DNA of 64,000 nt, taken from assembly GCF_009914755.1 (NCBI RefSeq), contig NC_060930.1. One strand, 5' to 3'. This stretch comes from the human T2T-CHM13v2.0 reference genome, Homo sapiens. The number at the start of each line of letters is the position of its first letter. Positions within the stretch are counted from its first letter, which is position 1. The position numbers were made by a program, and so were the translations under genes. Shown in pieces: positions 28,502 through 40,379 of the stretch. The notes below the pieces were generated by a model, which ran no database searches, was not told the DNA's origin, and worked only from the letters and a program-made list of their open reading frames with translations.

Positions 28502-29496
28502 CGGTGATGCACAGCATAATGACGTTTTGGTCAACCATGGACCGCATACGTGATGGTGGTCCCATAAGATTATAATGGAGCTGAAAAACTCCCATTGCCT
28601 GGTGATGTCATAGTCGCCATAATGTCATAGCACCATGCATTACTCATGTATCTGTGATGATACTGGTATAAACAAATCTACTGCGCTGCCAATTGTATAA
28701 AAGAATATAGCATATGCAATTATGTATAGTACTTTATAATGATAATTATGATAGTGGTTTATGTACTTACTATTTTTCACTTCTGATGATCCTGATCCTG
28801 TGTAGGCCTAGGCTAATGTGCGTATTTGTGTCTTTGTTTTTCACCAAAAAAAGTTTAAAGTAAAAAATACATATTAAAAAAAGCTTATGGAATAAGACTA
28901 TACAGAAAGAAAATATTTTCGTACAGCTGTACAACGTTTGTGCTTTAAGCTAAGTGTTATTATAAGAGAGTCAGAAAGTTAAAAAAAATTTAAATGTTTA
29001 TAAAGTAAAAAAAGCTACAGTAAGCTAAGCTTAATTTACTATTAAAGAAAAACATATTTTTAAATAAATGTAGTGTCCCCTGAGTGTACAGTGTTTGTAA
29101 AGTATACAGTCGTGTCCTAGGCCTTCACATTCACTCACTGAATCACCCAGAGCAACTTCCAGTCCTGCGAGCTCCATTCATGGTAAGTGCCCTATACAGG
29201 TGTACCATTTTTTATCTTTTATGCCCTATTTTTACTGTACCTTTTCTATGATATGCTTAGATCAGTTTAGATACACAAATATTTACCACTGTGCCACAAC
29301 TGCTTACAGTATTCAATACAGTAATATGTTATACATGTTTGTTGCCTTGGAACTATAGGTTCCATGTAGCCTAGGTGTATAAAAGATGTTACCATCCAGA
29401 TTTGTGTAAGTAAACTCAAATATGTTCACAAATGATGAAACTGCCTAACAACTCACTTCTCAGAATATTTCCTTATCATTAAGGGATGTATGAATG
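28502..29496. mobile_element. Tigger3/Golem DNA transposon derivative (Tigger3b-like)
   Basis: Starts ..cataatgacgttttggtcaac..ggtggtcccataagattataat and ends ttctcagaa..ccttatcattaag..atgaatg. Confidence 0.85.
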
Positions 29497-30008
29497 CAAA
29501 TTATATTTGATTTTTTGCAGTATTCTTATTAAGAATCATGTAATTTACAAATTGCAATGCTTTTTTAATATTATAAAGAAAGTAAATAAACCACTGGGCG
29601 AAAATACCCAAGCTTCATTATTTCTGCATAAACAAGCTCTTTAAAAAGATATAGAACTTGAATATATTGAAAGACATAAGGCAGATTTTGAAATACTCAG
29701 GCCAACTTATCAATAAAGGAAATATGAAGCTATACTCATCAAGTCCTTTACCATTACTTTTACGATAAAGAAACTCATAGCTTTTATACATTTTGTTTCT
29801 TTGTAAGAAATTTTAAAAGGTTTTACAAAGTACAGGTAGAAAGATCATGAAAAATACAATATTGCTCTTTTTGTTCAAGCTTTATAAAGGTTAAAATTTT
29901 TAATTTTAAAATATTTTAAAAGTCAAAATCCTAGAATTGTAACCTCAGCATCAGAAAATTTTATGTAAAGTACAATCAGCACACTATAGTGAAGAAAACA
30001 GCAGTTAC

Positions 30009-30126
30009 CTGGGCTGCTCCTGTAATCATATTTGGAATGAAGTCCTTATGGCCTGGAGCATCCATTAATGTAATAACTTTGGTTGTGGTTTCAAACTTTG
30101 TCATACCAACATCCATGGTTACTCCC
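30009..30126 (-). CDS. HBS1L: HBS1L exon 8 GVTMDVG...[20 protein letters not shown], 118 nt
   Basis: Manual translation gives G3 DAPG. Acceptor TTTAAG|G, donor CAG|GTAACT. Confidence 0.97.
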
Positions 30127-30737
30127 CTTAAACAAAACATAACATGGTTAGAATGTACGATATAAATAGTGCTATAGAGTAAATTAATAATAGTCTACAT
30201 GACCATCTACATTCTTAGGTAAAAATGGAAATTGTTTTTATAGACTATTATTTTTGAATAATTAAATTATCAATCGGGGCTGGAATTTCTGCTATAATAG
30301 AAGTGCATCCATATGGTTTTAACATAAAAGGGAGGACAAAGTAAGAGCTCAATAAAAATGATAGTTATGCCCTATTATCTTATTTGTTTTGTAAGAAATA
30401 GTGTAAATTGTGAAGAAGGATACATGGGGACAACTCTAAATGGGGGGAAAATACTGCATATGAGAAAAGACAAATGCAAAATTACCACGACCGAGAGGTA
30501 ATTTTCTTCACGTTCTACACTTATGCTTCACTAATTATAGAAATGAGCTTATAAAACTTAATTTGCAAGGCTGGTTAATATGCTACATATTTAGAAAACA
30601 TAAGATATCAAAGCAGATGCCTAATTTTTAAAAAACAGAGATAGATGAACAGCAGATTGCTTTGTATCCTATTTAATTCTTCCTGGAGACCAACATAGTG
30701 CCTTTTTTCAGCCACAAAAATGTAGATTCAGATTAGT

Positions 30738-31044
30738 GAAATGCTTGGGACTAGAAGCTTTTCAAATTACAGACTTTTTTGGACTTGGAATATTTGCATA
30801 TACAAAATGAGGTATCTTGGGGATGGGACCCACATCTAAACACAAAATTCCTTTGTTTCATATACACATTATACACATAGCCTGAAGGGAATCTTATGCA
30901 ACATTTTCAGTCATTTTGTGTGACCTGTCACATGAGATCAGATGTAGAATGTTTCACTTGTGATGTCATGTCAGCACTCAAAAAGTTTCAGATTTTGGAG
31001 CATTTCAAATTTCATATTTTCAGATTAGGGATGCTTAACCTGTA
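30738..31044. mobile_element. Tigger4b/Zombi MITE
   Basis: aaatgcttgggac...gattttggagcatttc...agggatgcttaacctgTA. Confidence 0.8.
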
Positions 31045-33027
31045 TAAGAAGGCCCAAGGAAGGTCTACAAGGGCACTCAGTCATTCTAGGCCTCAGGAAT
31101 TTAAACAGGGAAATCATGTGGCAATAAACTAGGTTTGCCCCAGAATCACCCAAAGTAAGGAATAATAATACTCCCTTTTACTACCAAAAGAGTACAACAA
31201 TTAGAATAATGAACTATAGGTTTGCCCTAGCAATAAAGTAACTGTAGGTCTCCTTAGTCAAGCCATTTTAGCTTAATCTGAAAGCATGGGCCATCCTAGT
31301 TTGCTAAAGTGACGCTTAATTCTCTTTAATAATTCCCAAATACTCTAGGGACCACAGACACCTTCAGAGTAATGGTGAACTAAGACTTATTCTGAGATCC
31401 TCCCTAGACTGACCTGGGTATACTCTGCTGACACAGCTCTGATTTCAATTTGTAACCCTAAGGATATGAAATGTCACTCAATTTACTAATTTCTGTTCTT
31501 CAGTATCTGAGAAGACCAGGGGATTTACAAATATTTAACATGGCAGGATAAGCAACATATTACATTTTGTAAATGCTATTAAGGAACATACGGTGGTGAG
31601 CTAAAACTCCCATCATGTACCTGGAAGCATCTGCTATCTATGGAATGAAGAAATATTCTAAAACTTATATCATGCTGAGCAATAAAAAACTAGCAGCAGC
31701 AAAACGCAGCAGCAAAAATATGAAAGCCAATCAACAGATGTATTATCAAAAAAGCTAAAATGACTGACCATTATAGGAATCAAATAGATTATTAGTTCAC
31801 TTGCCAGCTCAACTAAGATACTAGGTAAATTCAAGTAAACCATTCTAACTTAAATTATACTGTTCTCAATGTCTTTACCTGCTTACTAGATAATGCAAAG
31901 AAAACTAAAAAGCCACATACTTTAGTAATGTGCTTGTTAAACTGAGAGGTGAAAATTATTTAGGCTTCTACTATTGCATCATATACAATTACATTGTTTT
32001 CCAAAATTGGCAACTGTCCAGCTAATTTTTCTTACTAGGATAGAAAACAGGTCTGTGATACTATAAAGAACTAAAGACACCCACAAAGAAAGAGAAACCA
32101 TTATGATACAAATTCTGGTTTATCAGAAGAGCTAAGGAATACTGTGACCTGCTTTACAGAGCGTTACCTTATATGTTTATAATGGAGACTATCCAAGACT
32201 GCAAGAAAATACACATTAAAAAGGCATGAAAATCCAGATATATTCTCCAATAATCAGATTGAAGACATCAGGGAACACAGTTTAATCTCGTTAATCTAGG
32301 ACTTCCACAGGACTTTATAGGTTTGTAAAGAGTCATTATTTTGACACAGTTGATATATCTGCCATTTCACTAATTATTAAGGTGTCCTTTGGCTCTCCTA
32401 CCCTAGCTACCCTAACATGATCTATACTGACACTCTAAAAGGACTTCAAAAGAAATACTATTCTTTGGCCAGACAGTAACAGAGACAGAGGAGTAACTGA
32501 CTGCATTATAGCTACAGAATTACTTGTTTGCAGACTGTCTCATAAAAACATAATATGTAAAGTATAAAAATGAATTGTTTGGTAATTTGAATTTGCTGGT
32601 TATTTAGATTCTACACAGAAGAGGTTTTATGACAGTTACCTTTCCTTTGTAAGCTGACATGAAATTAAAAGTCTTACTCATAATTTTAATTCAAAATCAA
32701 GACAATTTGACAAATACTTAGGGAAGTGACAACTGAAACTTATCCCATAGAATAATCAGCTTATGATTTTTACTGTTGTTTTTCTGCATGGCTTTTATTT
32801 TGTTTCTTTTAAACATTCTTTTAATCTATTTCTATAAAATTCAGAAGAGTAAAAACAGTATGCAGATTACATCAAAAAAGTCAAAATAGTTCCCTGATAT
32901 CTAAAAGCTATTTTCTAAAAATAATCTCTAAAGTATTTCATATGTTTTACAAATTCAACACATATTACACACTTATTTTAGAAGACTGTATGATTTCAAA
33001 CTGAAAATTTTGAAATATAGTGACTAC

Positions 33028-33193
33028 CTTTCCCTTTCTTCGCCAGTTTCATCCAAGACCCATGCATATGCAAACGAAGCTTTGCCAGCCTTTTTAGACT
33101 CCTGTTCATACTTATGCATAGTTCTTTTGTTTATATTACCCAGAAGATAAAGCATATGGCCCATCAGAGTACTTTTCCCAGCATCAACATGAC
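33028..33193 (-). CDS. HBS1L: HBS1L exon 7 (G)[12 protein letters not shown]...DETGEERE(R), 166 nt; P-loop
   Basis: ORF 33024..33254. eEF1A/eRF3-family G1 and switch I. Acceptor TTTAG|GT, donor AG|GTAGTC. Confidence 0.98.
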
Positions 33194-33647
33194 CTAAAGA
33201 AAATTGATTCAGGATTAATACCAGGTACATTTCCAGATGTTCACATTGAGGCATTGCATAAATGTGTAATTCAATATTTCATGTCAGTGGTTTACAGTAA
33301 TACCAGTATTTATCAAATGACAGTTAAAACATCTAATAGAAAAAAAAAAGAGCATATCTCTTTACAGACGGGGGGAATTTCTCAGATTTTTGGAAATTAA
33401 AATTGTCAACAAGACACGCCAATTTCAAAATGTTCACAAAATGAAAAATCCCACAATCAAGTGTAATGACCTCTTTGGTAACTTGGCATTATCTCTCCCC
33501 ACATGACTAGAAAGCATTATGAGACTGTGCCTCCTTGCTCTCTGTCCATTCCACCCATGGAGAAACTCAGAGTTTCCATGCTGCCTCCAGACAGTGGGCA
33601 GGCTAAGGCATGGCTGGCTGACGATCCAGAGGGACAAAGAGCATTAC

Positions 33648-33907
33648 CAATGACCACTAAGTTGAGTAGCTGCTTCCCTCCTTGCCGCTTCTCCAGTTCC
33701 GCCTTCACATCTATTTGCTGCCTCAGCTTGCCAGACTTTTTCACCGGTGCTGGGGTTGAACTCTGCTCTTCTGATGCTTGAATCGTGTGGGGTGGATTAG
33801 CAGATTTAGAAGCAGTCTCAAGAACATCGGAAGAAGCAATGGCATCTTCAATGGGCGGTCCTTTTTGAGGTGTGTGGAAACTATGACCATTTTCTTCAGA
33901 AGATACT
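33648..33907 (-). CDS. HBS1L: HBS1L exon 6 VSSEENGH...KQLLNLVVI(G), 260 nt
   Basis: Within ORF 33517..33945. Acceptor CTGTAG|A, donor G|GTAATG. Ends at the start of the G1 motif. Confidence 0.97.
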
Positions 33908-35379
33908 CTACAGAAGGCAGATAGGAAAAAAGTATTTGAAACCAACTCTATTGATGTCCTACAATGACAGAAGGGCAGAGAAACTGTTTCTTCATAATCC
34001 TTTATGCTCCAGACCAGAAATAATCTCTGCTAAGTAGCTAAAGTCTGTTAAGGTGGAAATGATAAGTAGCTAGACTCAAACCACACAAATACAACCGTGG
34101 AAGATCCCATGAGAAAAACTGTACCAAAAATGAAGATAAGAAGAAAATAATGTTGAAAAATAACTGAAATTCAAAATCAAGCCCACAGTCTTGGCCATAT
34201 AATCCATCCTATCAAAATCAATGGTATGAAGGAGATATTTTGTAAAATTGGCACCAAATATATTACTGGAGATGAATTAGTACTAAAATATAGTTTTACT
34301 TCAACTCATCCTTCCAACATGATAGACTTATGATCTTTTTTACTCAAATACTACCCCGAGGGGAGATATCTCTAAATGACTACAGTTCATAAACATTTTT
34401 GACAGTGGAGCTTTAATTCATTAATTCAACAAACACTTGATTTATTAAAAACTACAACATATACTAGGGACTGATGTCAAAAAGAAAATGACATAGAAAT
34501 TAAAAAGTTAACTACCACTCTTAAAAGATTACAATCTAGTGAGGAACTCAGATATATAAAGGAGAAACAAGACTGCCCAGCTTAACTTATTCTTTCCTTA
34601 ACAAAAGTAAACACTGATCTTAGTTCTTCATGAGCTCGTTGACACTCCACATAGAAACTAGTACCAGTGCAACTCTGAATAGCTATAAGGAATGTGACCT
34701 AATAATCAGACTATGATATGCCTCACTTTGCTTTAACAACTATGGATAAACAGAATTAGGACAAAGAGCAGGTTAAATTGGAAGTTATTAAGAATGAAAC
34801 CAATTATATCCAACTCTATGTGGAGCTGGCAAAGAAAAACTACATATAGAAAGCAATTTATAATAATCATTTAAGATTGTAGCATGATGGATATGTGTAA
34901 GCACATCTATTTTCTTCTTGCCTATTATAACAAAAAATACATTGGTTTTTCCCTGTCAGGGCATTTTTATATGCCCAACATTAGCCCTTCACAATACGCC
35001 TCAGGAAAAGAGTCACAATAGTTATATTTGCAACTTTATTTAAAGCCACATATCCATTCTCATTTTATTTTGCTTTTTCAAATCTCCACTAACCAATTTA
35101 GGTGTTCATTTTTGAGCACTGCTTAGACAGATGCACTTCATCTTAAACTAGTAGGTAAAAACAGTAATATGCAGGAAATGTTCCCATACTTTTAAAGGAT
35201 TCTAACAGGCTAAATTAAGTGAAATCAAACAGACTATAATTTGCAAATATTTGTTTGAATGACCACAGCTAGTTCTAAAACCAAAACTTGACAATTCTAT
35301 ACTTAGAAGAATTTTTAAAGCCCCACAAATTATAATACAAGTGATCTACTGTGACTAGACATAGGCTCTGGTCTGAATC

Positions 35380-35603
35380 AGACCTGGCAGAAATCACAAT
35401 CTCGGGCCCCAGATCTTTTTGTTTTTAGCTGCAAAACATTTTCTTCAGAGGCAAGCTTGCATTAAATTCAATATGGAAAACAGATCAAAGCAGACAGCTA
35501 TGGTGGACAGAGTGGGCAGGGGCTTGAAGCTCAGCTCCCCCACCAATCCAGGCAGCCCTCAGAGGGGCTGCCAGAATAGGAAGGGCTTCACAAAACAGGG
35601 CTG
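35380..35603. mobile_element. hAT-Charlie (MER102-like) relic
   Basis: caatatggaaaacagatcaaagcaga..GC-rich block resembles MER102. Confidence 0.45.
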
Positions 35604-35668
35604 ACTTGATCATTTCATCTGCAATTCAATAACATGAAAGGTTTGTTTTCCTCTGGCTTTCAGGATAG

Positions 35669-35998
<330 letters not shown>

Positions 35999-36291
35999 CC
36001 TTTTAAGTAAATCTTAGGTAAACTGTAAATTAATTCACTAAAATTCTACAGTGTTAGTGGGAAATGACCAAAGTAATTAGAAAAGTATCCTAGGTAAGTC
36101 TGCCCTTAGTAAAAAAAACTTCTGCATATTATGAAATAAAAGTCAATGTTTTAAGATTTGAAAAATATCTAAGATAAGGTCTAAAAATGACCATTTGGAT
36201 TTCAGGCCTATAATTAATTACTGACTGGTATGAATGAAAGAATAAGTTGGTTGGATTTTTTTCAGGTGCTTTCTGGTATCATTTTGTAAGC

Positions 36292-36611
36292 TTTTTTTCT
36301 TTCTTTCTTTCTTTCTGTTTTTTGAGATGGTCTCGCTCTCGCTGTGTTGCCCAGGCTGGAGCGCAGTGGTACAATATTGGCTCACTGCAGTCTTGGCCTC
36401 CCAGGTTCAAGTGATCCCACCTCAGCCTCTTAAGTAGCTGGGACCACAGGCAAGCACCACTATACCCAGCTAATTTTTTTTTTTTTTTGGTAGAGATGGG
36501 GGAATCTCAATATATTGCCCGAGCTGGTCTTGAACTCTTAGGCTCAAGTGATGCTCCCACCTCAGCCTCCTAAAGTGCTGGAATTACAGTCACGAGCCAC
36601 AATGCCCACCC
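36292..36611 (-). mobile_element. AluJ
   Basis: Alu consensus with a (TTTC)n tail. Confidence 0.93.
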
Positions 36612-36893
36612 TGTACACTTACCTAATATTATAAAATGACTAGTCTTTTTTTTCTCTAAACTACCTTTCTAAAAGTAAACTATACATGAATCTAGAGGTT
36701 TAATCTTTCTTCTGGAGTTAAATACTTAGAAGCGAATAACTGAGATTTAAGAGGTTAAAAGAATATTTCTTCTATATGCAATGTTCCATTTCTACTTACA
36801 TGCACTTACTTGCATCTACTATTTTTAATATTATTAAAGAAAAAGAAAGTTTGCTGTTTCATTTCCTTCCAAGCAATGCATTATGCACTATCC

Positions 36894-37054
36894 TTTTTTT
36901 TTTTCTTCCAAATAGAGACAGGATCTCACTCTGTTGACCAGGCTGGAATGCAATGGCAGGATCATAGCTCCCTCAAACTCCTAGGCTCAAGCAATCCTCC
37001 CACCTCAGCCTTCCAATGTGTTGGTATCACAAGCATGAGCCACTGCACCCAGCC
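36894..37054 (-). mobile_element. Monomeric or internally deleted Alu (FLAM/AluJ-like)
   Basis: ~160 nt of Alu sequence, TSD TATCCTTTTT. Confidence 0.85.
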
Positions 37055-38507
37055 GTATCCTTTTTAAAATAAGACACCACTGAGAATCACACTACGTAGA
37101 AACCTATGATGCTGAAATCTTGACTCAAAAGTGTTTCACTGTGTTTCTATATGCTTTCTTAAGACTAACCCAGAATAGGCTAAGTGCTATCCCTATTATA
37201 AATCTCAAAAAATCCTGTAATAGTACAACTTGGTTGGCCTTGAGCACTATTAAGCATTTCTGAGTATTTCGATCTATAACTACAGACCTTTCACATTCTA
37301 ATGACTTCTCCCATAGAGCCACATCAAAATGTTGCCTCATGGGTGGATTTTTTACCTTTATGTTATTTGCAAGTTTATTTTTAAAATAATACATATTTCC
37401 CCAAGGATTCTGAGCAATAAATATTTAATAACTATTCTGTAAAAGGAATACAGTGATGAACATTAACAGTCCCTGGCCTCACAAAGAATATAGTCATAAA
37501 ATTCTGAAAGGCCTGCATTGTACTTACAGAGTTTTCAAAAATTATGCACATTATTTATTGATACATTTATTACCCATTATCTTTATAATTATTCATTTAG
37601 ATACCTATGCATTTACTTCTAATATAATACATTAATTTGGGTTCATTTGCATGTTAAGACTTCTGAAAAATCTTTTGTACTAAGATTATAAAATCCTTAG
37701 AACAATAAATTGTGTATTCTATTTATTTCCCCCCTCTCTCTCTCTCTGTATGTAAAAATCCCATAATAGAATTAAATGGTACTCAAGAATAAGGACAAAA
37801 AGGGCAATTATAATTCTGACAACTCAATCCCAATTCAGAAGGAAAAAAGGCATACACGAAGCTTTTTGAGACTGAATCAGAATTCTAAATTATTTTAACA
37901 GGCTAAAGTTACTCATGATAAAAATTAACTTTTTCATTCATCCAATCATTCAATTAATGTACACTGAATGCCTACTATGTCCTAGATAAGGAGTCCTTTC
38001 CTTCACTGACTTTGAAATCTAGTGAATAAAGTCTTGTTTCTATAAAATCCAAAAATTGAACTAGGTGATAAACATTCTTCCCAACCAAAACTCATAATAC
38101 CTCACTAGTTTAGACAAAAGAATATTGTAAGGAAAAAAAAAATAAATAAGGTTCCTGGGTTTATATTTTTAAAAAAATATAACTTGGGAAAAGAGGAAAA
38201 AAAAGGAAAAAAAGTATATATATATAAAAATCTATTGTTTATAGTAAAAACCTATTGTTTATATTTGATAACAGCGTTTATCATTTTGGCAGACAAAATA
38301 CATATAATTTATAAGTAACAATTGAAAATTCTGAAAAATTTTAGAGTTTAAAAATTAATGGCTTTAAAGCAACTCACTTCCCTTGTCTATAAAAACTCCT
38401 GGAAGGATTCTAGAGACTTTGATAAGAACAAACAAGTGCTACCAAGGTATGGTTTATTTCCATTTTTCACTACATATTTGAAATTCTACGTATGTTTCAT
38501 ATCATAT

Positions 38508-38558
38508 GTCTTTGCTACAATGGTCCAATTTACGTCTTTGCTACAATGGTCCAATTTA
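38508..38558. repeat. Perfect 25-bp tandem duplication (26-nt period)
   Basis: GTCTTTGCTACAATGGTCCAATTTA twice, separated by C. Confidence 0.95.
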
Positions 38559-38657
38559 TTCAATATGAAAATCCAAAAGAGTTTAAAAATATTTTAGTTA
38601 TTAAAAAATTTAATTAATGATTCCATGATTCGGGGACTCACTCCAAAATCTGGTTAC

Positions 38658-38676
38658 CTCTGCCACCTAGTGGTAT
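38658..38676. promoter_or_regulatory. CTCF core motif CTCTGCCACCTAGTGGTAT
   Basis: Close match to the CTCF core (TGCCACCTAGTGG). Occupancy is not shown by sequence alone. Confidence 0.6.
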
Positions 38677-38984
38677 AAGAATTCCCTATCTCACAGTGCT
38701 AGGTTTCACAAAATCATAGGGTTTTTTATGTTAAAGTAGCTATAAAATATTTATGTAAGAAAACTGGCAGTGAGGTAGAGTAAGTAATACACACAAGATA
38801 AGGCCAGAATCAAGCCTAATTTCTCATTTTGTCTCTTTGTACTATGTTATACTGAGGATATATGATACTTCAGTGCTAATGATATATTATGCGAAATTGA
38901 AACAGTCTCTTTCTTACAGAAGCAACAGTGATTTCAAAAACTTGGGGGTGGGGGTGGGGATGAGGGAGGTACTCAAAGTCTTAC

Positions 38985-39093
38985 CCAGGCACTTCAAATC
39001 CCATAGTTTGCTTCTTTCCAGATACAGTCATTTTAGCAACTTTTGGCACAATTTCAGATTCACTTCGCGATGTCTGGGAATCTACTGGTTTTC
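38985..39093 (-). CDS. HBS1L: HBS1L coding exon 5 (G)[35 protein letters not shown](G), 109 nt
   Basis: Acceptor TAACTAG|GA, donor GG|GTAAGA. Translation matches the recalled HBS1L linker region and phase joins exon 6. Confidence 0.95.
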
Positions 39094-39666
39094 CTAGTTA
39101 AGGAGTAAAATATAAAAGGCCAATTAATTTCTTTAGTAATATAAAGAAATCTATTACATAGTATTTTAAATTATAGATTATGATAACTTTCACAGAATTA
39201 ATGTCTTTATAAACACATTATCTCTAAAAAAATTTAGTAAGATATTAATGCTGAAAGAAATTCTGTCACTTTAATCTAGGAAATCCCCTATTGTCAGGAC
39301 TCTCCTATGCTTAACCTCCACCAAATCTCTTCCTAATTTTGAACTGACTGTTAAGTTTCAGTATTAAGAGGTCACAAGGTAGTTTCTGCACTGAGCCTTG
39401 TTCTGACATTATACCTAGACCCTATACCTCCCTTTCCTACCACACCCTTTCACAATACTAAAATTGTTTGGTCAGTTAGCAGATGGCTAAACTATTTTTA
39501 ATCCTGCGAGGTTTATGAACTGATGAACAAGTTGAGAGTCTGAATTGTGCTGGAATATAGTATATATTTTACTTGCACACAACACTAGACTTACTAAAAT
39601 ACTGATATCTATAAAGAATCTAGGGAAAGAGGTTAATGTAGAAAAACTGAATTAAGAACATGGGGG

Positions 39667-40145
<479 letters not shown>

Positions 40146-40379
40146 ATTAAAAATGGAGGGATGGAGGAGAATAAATTATGAGCTAGATCAAAGTAAGACT
40201 TTTTTTTGCATTTGATCCCTACATAATTCATTGAACTTTTAAAAATGTGTCTTTATAATTTTCAGAAAAAGTACCACCAGGATTGAATCCACATAAAACT
40301 ATGGAAACTGCATGTGCTACATTGGTAAACACATATACAGAAACCACTAACAATATAAGAAAAGATAAGTTAATGTATA

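Noticed and set aside
33503-33781. 92-aa plus-strand ORF overlapping exon 6
   Set aside because: Antisense shadow of a GC-richer coding exon, with no promoter or homology support.
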